A DNA stretch of 64,000 bases from Nannocystis bainbridge. Lineage in GTDB: Bacteria; Myxococcota_A; Polyangia; Nannocystales; Nannocystaceae. The stretch covers positions 2,464,001 through 2,528,000 of the forward strand of contig NZ_JAQNDL010000003.1 of the NCBI RefSeq assembly GCF_028368995.1. Reading direction: 5' to 3'. Positions 31,239-40,760 of the stretch are shown piece after piece (position 1 is the first letter of the stretch; each line of letters starts with the position of its first letter). Under the pieces are notes generated by a model, which was not told the origin of the DNA, ran no database searches, and saw nothing but the letters and a program-made list of their open reading frames with translations. The position numbers were made by a program, and so were the translations under genes.

Positions 31239-31298
31239 GCGGCCGAGGCTCCCATTCCGGCCGGCCGCGCGCAAGCGTGAACGGGTATCATCGCGCGC

Positions 31299-32099
31299 GT
31301 GTACGCCCCCCTCCTCGCGCTCGGACTCGCTGCCGCAGCCCCCGAGTCGGTCACGAGCCGCGACCGGGCCGCGCAGACGCCCGACCCCGACCAACCTCTC
31401 GTCGACACGACCGACGCACCAGCGTCACCGCCGGAGATCGAGCCGGCGACGTCGACCCCCGTCAGCGCGAGCGACGAACCCGTCACGACCGAACCCGCCG
31501 CACCGCCCGTAGCGATCGAGCCCGCCACACCCGCGCCCCCCGTCGCAGCTGCACCGCCGCCGCCGCCCGCAGACCCGCGCCCGCGCTGGTGGGGCCCCGA
31601 CCCGCGCCCGAAGGTCAGCGGCTACGGCGGCCCCGCCCTGCGCCTGTCCGGCCTCAACGGAGCCTTCGCGGCCTTCGTCGGGCTCGAGGGCGGCATCAAC
31701 ATCCTCCAGCGCGTGACGATCGGCGCCTCGCTGCAGTGGCTGCTCAACCCCGTCGACGCCGGCCCGTTCTCCCGCGGCGCCGCGACCCGGATCAACATCA
31801 ACTACGGCGGCCTCGTGGTCGACGTCGCCTACGTCCGCGGCAAGCGGGTCGCCGGCACCGTCGGCGGCCTGCTCGGCGGCGGCGGCGGCTGCGTGCAGAA
31901 CCCCGAGAACGGCCGCTGCGCCGACCGGACCGCCTTCTTCGTCGGTGAGCCGCGCGCCGGCCTGCGCGTGGTCCTGGCCCCGATCGTCCGCCTCCACCTC
32001 GCGCTCGGCTACCGCCTGGTCGCCGCCCGCACCTGGACCGGCCCGGCCAACCTCGGCGGCCCGACAGGCACGATCACGCTCGAGTTCGGCTGGTTCTGA
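31299..32099 (+). CDS. Probable small outer-membrane beta-barrel protein
   Basis: Signal peptide, Pro-rich linker, amphipathic strands, C-terminal ...TLEFGWF. Confidence 0.65.
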   Translation: MYAPLLALGLAAAAPESVTSRDRAAQTPDPDQPLVDTTDAPASPPEIEPATSTPVSASDEPVTTEPAAPPVAIEPATPAPPVAAAPPPPPADPRPRWWGPDPRPKVSGYGGPALRLSGLNGAFAAFVGLEGGINILQRVTIGASLQWLLNPVDAGPFSRGAATRININYGGLVVDVAYVRGKRVAGTVGGLLGGGGGCVQNPENGRCADRTAFFVGEPRAGLRVVLAPIVRLHLALGYRLVAARTWTGPANLGGPTGTITLEFGWF

Positions 32100-32104
32100 A
32101 GGCA

Positions 32105-32174
32105 TGTCCTCGAGGACATTTCTTTAAAGAAATGTACTCGAGAACATTTCCCTACGAACATGTCCTCTCAGACT
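32105..32174. repeat. Five-unit array of the 14-bp dyad
   Basis: TGTCCTCGAGGACA TTTCTTTAAAGAAA TGTACTCGAGAACA TTTCCCTACGAACA TGTCCTCTCAGACT. Confidence 0.85.
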
Positions 32175-32386
32175 TGTCCACGGACGGGCGCTCCGTGGTG
32201 AGCATCGATCTCTCGCCCGATCTACCCGCTGCACACACGTCAGTCTGCAGGAAAGGCGCGACCAGGCTCCGATCCCGGTCGACGCGGACCGCCGCGATCA
32301 CCAGGCGGGTCGAGCTGCGGCCGCTCGCGCATGCACCACGTGGCCCGGAGCACGACCTCGCAGCGGCCGCTGCCTGGCCACTCGCC

Positions 32387-34081
32387 TCACGCCCCGGCCT
32401 GGCTGGCGTAGAGCTCGCGGGCCTCGGCCCGCTGCAGCTCGCCGCCGATCGTGCGCGGCAGGGCGCCCACCGGCACCTGGACCAGCGCGGCGACGCGGAG
32501 CCCGAGCGCTGCCTGGATCCGTCGGCGCAGCGTCGCGGCCATGGTGTTGAACACCGCCCGGTCGACCGCGCGGCCCTCTGCCACCACCACCAGCTCGTCG
32601 CTGAGCTTGCCCGGCCGCGCCAGCGCGACCACCTGGCCCGCGCAGATCCCCGGCACCCGCGCTGCCTCGCGCTCGATCGGCTGCGGATCGTAGCTACAGC
32701 CCTGGACCACGATCACGTCGATCGCCTCCGCTCCGGTTTGCTCGCCGCGGGCGAACGCCACCTCGCCTGCCCCGTCCTCGCCGCGGAAGCGCCACACGAT
32801 CACCCCGCCCGCCGGCGCCAGCGTCGAGCCGGGCTCCGCGTGCGCCGGTGACAGCGGCGTGCGCCGCTCCCTGCCGATGCTCCACGGCCCGCTCGGCGCG
32901 CGCACGACCGGCCTCGCGCTCCCGGACATGTCCTCTTCGCCATGTCTCATCGACCAGCCGATCGGCTGCGCCGGCGACACCGTGGGACGCGACATGTCCT
33001 TTACGCCAGGTCCGCGGCTCGCCGCCGTTGGCGTCGAAACGCCCGTCTCGCCGGGCCCGCGGCTCGTCGTCGTCGGCGCCGACATGTCCTTTACGCCATG
33101 TCCCATCGCACCGCCGCTCGAGGCCCCCGCGCTGGCCGTCTCGGCCGCGGTCGCCGACATGCTCGCCTCCACCGCCACCGTCGCCGCACGGACCTCCGCC
33201 TGCGCCGTGTCCTCCGCTCGGGGCTCCGTCCCCTCGCCCGTCGCCGCCAGCTTGCGAACCACCGGCACCTCGTCGTGGGCCAGCACGCGCACCCCTGGGA
33301 GTTGGGCCCGCTTGTCGGCCCGCAGGAGCGTCGGCCGCTCCGCGATCGTGATCGTCGCTCCGAGCTGATCGACGAGCCGCAGCCAGCGGCCCGCGTCGAG
33401 GCGATCCGGGCGGGCGATCACGAACGGCAAACGCGCTCGCAGCGGCGCCAGCACCCCGGAGACGAGGCCGCGATCGAGGCCCACCCACGACAGCAGCTTG
33501 TCGCTCGCCTGCGTCTCGCCGAGCGCCGCCTCGGCCGCTTCGGCCAGCGTCGCGTGGGTGTAGCTGGTCGCCTGTGCCGCTCCCGTGCGGTCCATCGTGC
33601 ACGCGACCAGCGCCAGATCGTCATCTTTAAAACTCGCCGGGTTGGCCAGGAACACCGGGCCCAGCGGGTGCTCGCCGAGATCGTCGACCGCCACCTCGCG
33701 CAGCTCTCCGAGCAGCGGCATCGACCCTCGCACGGACGGCCGGATCACCCGCTGCGCCTCGCTCGCGCGCATCACCTCCATCACACCGGCGCGCCACACC
33801 TCCGCCGTCTGGCCGTGCGGATCGGTGAGCACCACCGGCACCAGCCCTGCGCGCAGCGCCCCCAGCGTCGCGACGACCAGGTACTCCGGGTCGGGTGCAG
33901 CGATCGCCACTCGCTCGCCGCGTCGGACCCCGCGCGACACCAGCCGGGCCGCGAAGCCCTCGACCGCCACCACCAGCTCACCGTAGCTGCGGGTCCGCGT
34001 CGCCCCGTCGTCGCCGACGATCACGAGGCCGGGGAGAGCGCACCCGCGGAGAGCCACGAGCGAATGAACCAGAGTCGCCAC
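32387..34081 (-). CDS. Degenerate AMP-binding (fatty acyl-AMP ligase-like) protein with a low-complexity insert
   Basis: FAAL-like N-terminus (GVRRGERVAI) and C-terminus (DVIVVQGCSYDPQPIE...ELVVVAE...LPRT); P-loop and A10 Lys not conserved. Confidence 0.65.
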   Translation of the reverse strand: MATLVHSLVALRGCALPGLVIVGDDGATRTRSYGELVVAVEGFAARLVSRGVRRGERVAIAAPDPEYLVVATLGALRAGLVPVVLTDPHGQTAEVWRAGVMEVMRASEAQRVIRPSVRGSMPLLGELREVAVDDLGEHPLGPVFLANPASFKDDDLALVACTMDRTGAAQATSYTHATLAEAAEAALGETQASDKLLSWVGLDRGLVSGVLAPLRARLPFVIARPDRLDAGRWLRLVDQLGATITIAERPTLLRADKRAQLPGVRVLAHDEVPVVRKLAATGEGTEPRAEDTAQAEVRAATVAVEASMSATAAETASAGASSGGAMGHGVKDMSAPTTTSRGPGETGVSTPTAASRGPGVKDMSRPTVSPAQPIGWSMRHGEEDMSGSARPVVRAPSGPWSIGRERRTPLSPAHAEPGSTLAPAGGVIVWRFRGEDGAGEVAFARGEQTGAEAIDVIVVQGCSYDPQPIEREAARVPGICAGQVVALARPGKLSDELVVVAEGRAVDRAVFNTMAATLRRRIQAALGLRVAALVQVPVGALPRTIGGELQRAEARELYASQAGA

Positions 34082-34716
34082 GCTTCATTGTGCGACATGA
34101 CGGGCCGACTCGGATGATCGCCGCGCATACAACCATCACAATCGTCATGGAGCCGCGGCTCCTCGGTCCCCCGACGAAGAACTGCGCCCCCCGCCGATCC
34201 GGGTGATCGCCTCGAGGTCGCACTGCCGTGGACACAGGCGGCGGAACCGCCGCCCGACGACGACGACGACGACCTCGACGCCTCGACCCGCGCTGCCGTG
34301 GCTGCACCTGCACCTCTCGCCCGACGCCGATCACCGCGACGACCGGCTCGCCCGATCGCTGCGCCGGCGCCGCGAAATCAGCCGTGGGATCGGCACGATC
34401 GCTGAGCCTGCCCCCTATGGCGTCGTGTATGCCGCTCTGCGAGCCCGCGGCGTCGACCTCGTCGAAGGCCCTGATCAGCACTTGCAGGCGATGGAGTTCG
34501 ATCGGCTCGCGGCGCATCGGGTTCACACCGACCAGCCTAGACATCACCGATCTCGCTGAGGTTCGAGGCCGCGGCGACCTGCCTCGCGCAAGCATATCGA
34601 CTGGCGCCACCGCGTCGCCGGCCCGATCGCCGCGCCGCGCAGCCGGTTTCACTCCCGCCACCCGGCGATCGTGCGGACGCTCGCTGCTCTCCGACAACCC
34701 CGTCACCGGCACCTGC

Positions 34717-34902
34717 TGTCCGCCGAGACATGCCCTTGAGGACATCCTCTTGAGAACCGCGGCGCCGGCGCATCCGGGCGAGAATCACTTTTGAAAGATC
34801 GCCTCCCTGGGGTCCGGGGTCGTCACTCCTTGCGACCGCAGGGTCCAGCGACCTCACACCTATCCCTTAACACATGTCTTCTTGAACATGTCTCATGGAA
34901 CA
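34717..34902. repeat. Two three-unit arrays of the 14-bp dyad
   Basis: 34717: TGTCCGCCGAGACA TGCCCTTGAGGACA TCCTCTTGAGAACC; 34861: TATCCCTTAACACA TGTCTTCTTGAACA TGTCTCATGGAACA. Confidence 0.75.
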
Positions 34903-35714
34903 TCGACGTCATCCAGGTAAAACTGCCCCGACTTCACCAGCACCGCTCGTCCCGTGATCAGCACCCGGTCGCCGGCCAGCTCGCACGTCAGCTCGCCGCT
35001 GCGGCGCGACACCTGGCGGGCCCGCAGCCGCTGCTTGCCCAGGCGGTCCGCCCACAGCGGCGTCAGCGTGCAGTGGGCCGAGCCCGTCACCGGGTCTTCG
35101 GGGATCCCCTGCGCCGGCGCGAAGCAGCGCGACACGAAGTCGACATCCGCGTCGGGCTCGCCGCCGGGCGCCGTGGCGATCACCGCGAACACATCGGGCA
35201 GGCGCAGCATCGCCGCGAAGTCGGGGCGCAGCGCCCGGACCTCCGCCGCGCTGGTGAACACCGCCACCAGGTCGCGCGCCACCAGCACCTCCGCGGGCCG
35301 GCGGCCGAGCGCCGCGAATAAACCTTCGGACATGTCCCCGGGGACAGCCGGACGCGACAGCAGGTCGAGCGTGAACGCCTCGCCGGTGCGGGTCACCGTG
35401 AGCGGGCCTGACATCGTCCAGAAGCGCAGCCGGTCCGGCGCGTCCGCGCGCACGTGCGAGTGGACGAACGCCGCGGCCAGGGTCGCATGACCACACAGAT
35501 CGACCTCGACCTCCGGGGTGAACCAGCGCAGGTCGAAGTCGTCCGTGCCGGGGCGCGGCGCGTAGAAGGCCGTCTCGGACAGCGCGTTCTCGGCCGCGAT
35601 CTGCTGCAGCAGCGCATCGGGCAGCCACGCCTGCAGGGGGCACACGGCGGCAGGGTTGCCGGCGAAGCGGCGGCTCGTGAACGCGTCGACGTGGAAGCAG
35701 GCGATCTCGGTCAC
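34893..35714 (-). CDS. PhzF family isomerase
   Basis: VDAFT...GNPAAV, LSETAF, LRWFTPEVEVDLCGHATLA, EDPVTGSAHC. Confidence 0.93.
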   Translation of the reverse strand: MTEIACFHVDAFTSRRFAGNPAAVCPLQAWLPDALLQQIAAENALSETAFYAPRPGTDDFDLRWFTPEVEVDLCGHATLAAAFVHSHVRADAPDRLRFWTMSGPLTVTRTGEAFTLDLLSRPAVPGDMSEGLFAALGRRPAEVLVARDLVAVFTSAAEVRALRPDFAAMLRLPDVFAVIATAPGGEPDADVDFVSRCFAPAQGIPEDPVTGSAHCTLTPLWADRLGKQRLRARQVSRRSGELTCELAGDRVLITGRAVLVKSGQFYLDDVDVP

Positions 35715-35759
35715 GCGGGTCAATCTACCGGAGCGCTGACGGACCGTCATACTGAGGAA

Positions 35760-36047
35760 GTGGAATCCCGTTCGCCCATGCGGATCGCCGTCGAGTCGCT
35801 CGCCGAGGCTCGCGCCGCCGCCGGCAGCGGCGACCTCGAGCGCGGCCTCGACCTCGTCGACGACGGCCTCGCGGCTCTCGGGCCGCACTACCAGCGCTCC
35901 GGGCTCATCGACGACTCGGGGCTCAAGCTGACCCTCGCCGCGGTGCGTCGGCGCCAGGGCGACGCCGCCGGCGCGTTCGCGGCGATGGAGCGCGTGCTCG
36001 AGGATCGCATCGCCACCTACGAGGGCCGCAGCGGGGACGTCTCCTGA
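35760..36047 (+). CDS. Small helical (TPR-like) hypothetical protein
   Basis: GAGGA RBS before GTG; typical codon bias. Confidence 0.55.
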   Translation: MESRSPMRIAVESLAEARAAAGSGDLERGLDLVDDGLAALGPHYQRSGLIDDSGLKLTLAAVRRRQGDAAGAFAAMERVLEDRIATYEGRSGDVS

Positions 36048-36082
36048 TCGCCGCCTCGCGGCATCTGTGCTGTCATCGCCGC

Positions 36083-36412
36083 ATGTCCGCCGCGCCGCCG
36101 TCCCCGAAGCGCTCGCGCCTGTCCATCGCCTCGGCCACGCTCGCGACGATCCCGTTGCTCGCGTTCGGCATGCGGCTCGCGCTCGCCGAGCTCGCCGCCA
36201 TCTCCAGCTCGAGCATCACCGGCAACATCCTCTCGTCGACCTTCGAGCTCAGCCTGCTGTGCGTCCCGCTGGCCCTGCCCATCGGCCTGGCCGCGCTGTG
36301 GCGTCACGCCGGCGGCCCCTCGCGCCCGGGCATCGGCCTCGCGCTACTCGGCACGCTGCTGTCCGGCGCCGAGTTGGTGCTGCTGTTCATGATCGCCAAC
36401 GCCGAGTTCTGA
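36083..36412 (+). CDS. Small 3-TM membrane protein
   Basis: Three hydrophobic segments, typical codon bias. Confidence 0.6.
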   Translation: MSAAPPSPKRSRLSIASATLATIPLLAFGMRLALAELAAISSSSITGNILSSTFELSLLCVPLALPIGLAALWRHAGGPSRPGIGLALLGTLLSGAELVLLFMIANAEF

Positions 36413-36431
36413 GGCGACCTCGGCTCGCGCC

Positions 36432-36653
36432 TCACCGCGCCTCGAAGCAGTCGCGGCCCGACGCGCAGCTCTCGGGCACGCTGAGGCCCCCGTCGGGGCC
36501 CGTCACGAATTGCGTGCGCAGGCAGTGGTAGTGGCTCGACCGGCTGGTGCTGAACGCGTCGGGCGTCTCGCGCCCGTACACGTGCATCGCCTTGGTCCGC
36601 AGGTGGCGGCAAACGGGCTGGTCGGGGTCGAACACGCGCAGAAACGTCGGCAT
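36432..36653 (-). CDS. 73-aa Cys-rich protein at the end of the molybdoenzyme operon
   Basis: MPTFLRVFDPDQPVCRHLRTK...HYHCLRTQFVTGPDG...ESCASGRDCF; starts 17 bp after the FAD-subunit stop. Confidence 0.7.
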   Translation of the reverse strand: MPTFLRVFDPDQPVCRHLRTKAMHVYGRETPDAFSTSRSSHYHCLRTQFVTGPDGGLSVPESCASGRDCFEAR

Positions 36654-36670
36654 GGCGGGCTCGCTTTCTC

Positions 36671-37675
36671 TCACTCTGGCAGCGGCACCCCGGCGACCCG
36701 GTGCAGCACCTCGCGGAGCAGCCCCTGGGTCAGCGGGATCTTGTAGGCGTTGTCGCGCAGCGGCTTCGCCCCGGCCAGCGCCGCCTTCGCCGCCTCGGCG
36801 AACAGCGCCTCGCTCGCGGGCTTGCCCTCGAGCACGGCCTCGGCCTCGCGGCTGCGCCAGGGGATCGGCGCCACGTGGCCGAGGGCCACGCGCACGTCCT
36901 TCATCACACCTGACTCGAGGGACATCCTGACCGCCGCCTCCGCGAGCGGCCAGTCGTGCGACTGCTTCTCCTTGACCGCCGCGTAGCCCGAGCGCTGCCC
37001 GGGCGACGGCTTCGGCAGCAGCGCCCGCACCAGCACCTCGCCCGGCTGCAGCGCGTGCTCTCGCTTCGCGTCCTGCTTCGGCGTCACGAACAGCTCGGCC
37101 AGCGCCAGCGTCCGCGGCTCCGGCCCGCGGATCTCCACCTGCGCGTCGAGGGCCGTCAGCGCGCACGCCAGCGTCGAAGGGTGCACGATGAAGCTCGGAC
37201 CGCCGCCGAGGATCGCGTGGAATTTGTTCTCGCCGCCGACCGCCAGGCAGGCCGAGCCGCCCTTCTTCAGGCACACCAGGTCGGCGTGGCGGAAGTACCA
37301 GCAGCGCGGCCGCTGCAGCAGGTTGCCGCCGAGCGTCGCCGCGTTGCGGATCGTCGGCGTCGCCGCCGAGCCGGCCGCCTCGCGCAGCGCCACGTGGGCC
37401 TCGCCGAGGCCCTCGTGGGCCGCCAGCTGCGCCAGCGTCACCAGGGCGCCGATCTGCACGCCCTCGCCGTCGGGCCCGAGCGCGCGCATCACCTCGCGGT
37501 CCGCCTCGCCCAGCCAGCGCAGCTCGATCAGCCGGGCCGGCGCGTCGAGGCCCTCCTTCATGCGGTCGATCAGATCGATCCCCCCGGCCCGCAGCGCGCT
37601 GTCCTGCGGGCGCGCGCGCGCCAGGTCACCGGCGTCGACCAGGGTCTTGGGGCGGCTCAGCACGAACGGTTGCAT
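36671..37675 (-). CDS. Xanthine dehydrogenase family FAD-binding subunit (PaoB/YagS-like)
   Basis: AGGIDL, IRNAATLGGNLLQRPRCWYFR...CLKKGG..C, GHVAPIPWR, NAYKIPL. Confidence 0.92.
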   Translation of the reverse strand: MQPFVLSRPKTLVDAGDLARARPQDSALRAGGIDLIDRMKEGLDAPARLIELRWLGEADREVMRALGPDGEGVQIGALVTLAQLAAHEGLGEAHVALREAAGSAATPTIRNAATLGGNLLQRPRCWYFRHADLVCLKKGGSACLAVGGENKFHAILGGGPSFIVHPSTLACALTALDAQVEIRGPEPRTLALAELFVTPKQDAKREHALQPGEVLVRALLPKPSPGQRSGYAAVKEKQSHDWPLAEAAVRMSLESGVMKDVRVALGHVAPIPWRSREAEAVLEGKPASEALFAEAAKAALAGAKPLRDNAYKIPLTQGLLREVLHRVAGVPLPE

Positions 37676-37732
37676 GGTCTTTCCATCATGGTTGAAAGGA
37701 CATGTCCCGAAGGTAACCTCGGAGGTCGGCCC

Positions 37733-40075
37733 TCAGCTGGCCCCGCGGGTCGGCACCGCGCCGAGCGCCGCGAGCACGCGGTCCGGGGTGAGCGGGAGGT
37801 CGCGGACGGCCACGCCGAGCGCGTCATGGACGGCGCAGGCGATCGCGGCCGCGGTCGGGATCGTCGACGGCTCGCCGATGCCGATCGCCCCGGTGTTGTT
37901 GGCGCCGGTGTCGACCGGCGTGAACACCACGTCGATCTCGCGCGGCACGTCGCGCACGCCGGCGATCTTGTAGCTCTCGAGGTTGGGGTTCAGCATCACC
38001 CCGCGCACGCGGTCCATGATCCGCTGCTCGGTCAGCGCGTAGCTGGTGCCGAGGATCACCCCGCCCTGCACCTGCGAGCGGGCCGTCAGCGGGTTCATCA
38101 CCTTGCCGCAGTCGTGGATCGCCAGCACCCGCTCGACCGCGACCACGCCGGTCCAGGTGTCGACGCGGACCTCGGCGAACTGGACCCCGGCGATCTGGTA
38201 GCTGCTGCCGCCCATGAACTTGACCGGGTAGGCGCCGTAGGTGTCGGGCCGCGTGCCGGTGGCGACGACCGCCTCGCCCTCGATCTTCTTGCACAGCTCG
38301 GCCCACGCGATCGCCTTGGTGCCGGCGCGGACCTGGCCTTCGGACCAGGTCAACTCCTCCGGCTTGCGCCCGAGCTGCTTGGCCGCCAGCGCCGTCAGCT
38401 GGGTCTTGACCGCCTCGGCCGCGGCGCGGACCGCCGGGGTCACGCTGGCCGTGGTGACGCTGCCGCCGCTGCCGACCGACGGCCCGAGCTCGCTGTCGCC
38501 GAGGCGCACGCGGACCGCCTCGACCGGGCGCTGCAGCACCTCGGCGACCACCTGCGCGACCACGGTGGTGATGCCGCCGCCGATGTCCTGCAGGCCGTTC
38601 TTGACCTCGACGCTGCCGTCGCGGGCCACGCTGACGGTGGCGACGACCGCCTTGCCGCGGCCGAAGTCGCCCCAGATCGACGCGGCCACGCCGAAGCCGC
38701 GGCGCACCCGGGTCTGCCTGGTGCGCAGCGCCGCCGCCTGCTTGCGCCCGGCGTCCCAGCCGAACTGCTTGCGCCCGAGCTCGAACTGATGCCGCCGCAC
38801 CGGGTGCTCGTCGTGCTGCAGGCGCAGGTCGAGCGGGTCGAGCTTCAGCTTGGCCGCCAGCTCGTCGAGCGCCAGCTCGAGCGCGAACGCCCCCTGCGGG
38901 TGCCCCGGCGCGCGCATGGCCGTGGCCGGCCCGCCGTGGGTGAACACGTCGTGGCTCTCGACCAGGATGTTGGGGCAGCGCGAGTAGATGCCGAACGCGT
39001 TGCGCCCGACCCCCGCGCCGGTGCCGATGCCCGCGGTCCCGTGGGCCTGGACGTGGATCGCCGTCAGCTTGCCGTCGGCGCCGGCCCCGAGCTTGACGCG
39101 CTGGCGCGAGTCGGGGCGGTTGCCGGTGCACAGGTGCTCCTCCTTGCGATCGAGCAGCAGCCGCACCGGCGCGCCGGCCTTGCGCGCGAGCTCGCCGGCG
39201 ATGAAGCCCATGCGCGAGCCCGGGGCCGAGGCGCCGAACTTGGCCCCGAAGCCGCCGCCGAGGAAATCGGTGTGCACGCGCACGTCGGCCGGCTTGAGCT
39301 CGAACACCTCGGCGAACTCGTCGCGCACGCTGAAGATGCCCTGCGTCGAGCACCACACCGTGGCCTGCTTGGGCCCGTCCCACTGCACGACGATGCTGTG
39401 GGTCTCGAGCGCCGAGTGCGTGTGCACCTGCGTGGTGTACGTCGCCTCGTGCGAGACCTTGGCCATGCGCAGGCCCTTGTGCGCGTCGCCCTTCTTCATC
39501 GACGGCGTGGTGCGGACGTTGCCGCGCTGGCCCGCGCTGCCGCCCGCGCCCGGCTCGTCGCCCTCGGTGCTGCGCTCCTGGACCTTGCCGCGGTGGACCT
39601 GCGGCGCGCCGTCCTGCATCGCCGCCGCGGTGTCGACCACGAACGGCTCCGGCTTGTACGTGACAGCGATCGCCCGCAGCGCCGCCTCGGCCTGCTCCGG
39701 CGTCTTCGCGGCCACGGCGGCGACGTCCTGACCGGCGAAGATCACCCGCTCGCCCGGCTTGACCAGAGCCAGCGCCGCGCTCACCCCGGGCTGCGCCCGC
39801 GCCGGCTCGACGTCGATCGCCTCGACCACCGCGCACGGGTGCGGGCTGCGCAGCACCGCCGCCCACAGCGCGTTGGTCGGCACGATGTCGTGGGTGTACT
39901 TGGCCGCGCCCGAGACCTTGAGCGGCGCCTCGACCCGCGGGTGCGGCTTGCCGATCACCTGCAGCTCGCTGCGTGCGTCCCACGGCTTCGGCTCGCCCGC
40001 CGGCAGCTGCACCTCGATGTCGCGCAGCTGGTCGGCGAACCCGACCCTGAGCGTTACCTTGCGATCGTCCGGCAC
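37733..40075 (-). CDS. Xanthine dehydrogenase family molybdopterin-binding subunit (PaoC/YagR-like)
   Basis: LRSPHP, GGGFGAK, AMRAPG, GSGGS, QVQGGVILG, GIGEP; start GTG 40075. Confidence 0.93.
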   Translation of the reverse strand: MPDDRKVTLRVGFADQLRDIEVQLPAGEPKPWDARSELQVIGKPHPRVEAPLKVSGAAKYTHDIVPTNALWAAVLRSPHPCAVVEAIDVEPARAQPGVSAALALVKPGERVIFAGQDVAAVAAKTPEQAEAALRAIAVTYKPEPFVVDTAAAMQDGAPQVHRGKVQERSTEGDEPGAGGSAGQRGNVRTTPSMKKGDAHKGLRMAKVSHEATYTTQVHTHSALETHSIVVQWDGPKQATVWCSTQGIFSVRDEFAEVFELKPADVRVHTDFLGGGFGAKFGASAPGSRMGFIAGELARKAGAPVRLLLDRKEEHLCTGNRPDSRQRVKLGAGADGKLTAIHVQAHGTAGIGTGAGVGRNAFGIYSRCPNILVESHDVFTHGGPATAMRAPGHPQGAFALELALDELAAKLKLDPLDLRLQHDEHPVRRHQFELGRKQFGWDAGRKQAAALRTRQTRVRRGFGVAASIWGDFGRGKAVVATVSVARDGSVEVKNGLQDIGGGITTVVAQVVAEVLQRPVEAVRVRLGDSELGPSVGSGGSVTTASVTPAVRAAAEAVKTQLTALAAKQLGRKPEELTWSEGQVRAGTKAIAWAELCKKIEGEAVVATGTRPDTYGAYPVKFMGGSSYQIAGVQFAEVRVDTWTGVVAVERVLAIHDCGKVMNPLTARSQVQGGVILGTSYALTEQRIMDRVRGVMLNPNLESYKIAGVRDVPREIDVVFTPVDTGANNTGAIGIGEPSTIPTAAAIACAVHDALGVAVRDLPLTPDRVLAALGAVPTRGAS

Positions 40076-40077
40076 GG

Positions 40078-40710
40078 CTACGCGCTCCCTTTCGCGGCGT
40101 CGAGCACCGCCGCCACGACGTTGGGGTAGGTCCCGCAGCGGCACAGGTTGCCGGCGATCGCGGCCTCGACGTCCTCGCGCGCCAGCTGCTGCCCGCGCGA
40201 CCGCTCGAGCAGGCCCTGGCACGACATCAACATGCCCGAGGTGCAGAACCCGCACTGCAGCGCGTCATGGCGGATGAACGCCTGCTGCAGCACCGACAGC
40301 TTGCCGCCGCTCGCGAGGCCCTCGACCGTCGCCACGGTCGCGCCGGCGACGTCGTGCGCCAGCGTCATGCAGCTGTTGCGCGCGACCCCGTCGATCAGCA
40401 CGGTGCAGGCCCCGCAGGCCCCGCGGTCGCACACCACCTTGGTGCCGGTGAACCGCAGCTGCTCGCGCAGCGCCGCCAGCAAGGTGACGTGCGGCGCGAC
40501 CTCGAGGGTGCGCGCCTCGCCGTTGAGCGTGAAGCTGACCGGCGCGGGCCCCGGCCCGAACGCGGCCTCGCCGTGCCCCGGCCCGGCGGCGTCGCCGTGC
40601 TCCTCGGTGGTGGTGGGCGGCCGCTCGCCCGGCTTGCAGCCGGCGATCAGTCCCGCGGTGCCGATGCCGCGGAAGAGGCCGCGACGGGTAATGCCAGCCC
40701 GATCGGACAT
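40078..40710 (-). CDS. (2Fe-2S) subunit with Tat lipoprotein signal (PaoA/YagT-like)
   Basis: ITRRGLF...LIAGC; GTKVVCDRGACGACT; QCGFCTSG; NLCRCG. Confidence 0.93.
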   Translation of the reverse strand: MSDRAGITRRGLFRGIGTAGLIAGCKPGERPPTTTEEHGDAAGPGHGEAAFGPGPAPVSFTLNGEARTLEVAPHVTLLAALREQLRFTGTKVVCDRGACGACTVLIDGVARNSCMTLAHDVAGATVATVEGLASGGKLSVLQQAFIRHDALQCGFCTSGMLMSCQGLLERSRGQQLAREDVEAAIAGNLCRCGTYPNVVAAVLDAAKGSA

Positions 40711-40760
40711 CAGGCCCACGGTACCACGCCGCCCGGGCCGCGTATACTCCCGCCTGCTGC

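Noticed and set aside
34203-34559. Possible glyoxalase/VOC-like remnant (YAALRARGVDLVEGP)
   Set aside because: Only a short resemblance with an implausible N-terminus; too weak to call.
36956-40129. Very long antisense or alternate-frame ORFs (e.g. 36956..40129, 59074..62019, 26112..28286, 23099..25261)
   Set aside because: These are shadows of real high-GC genes: Arg/Ala/Gly-rich, motif-free and fully overlapping better-supported CDSs.
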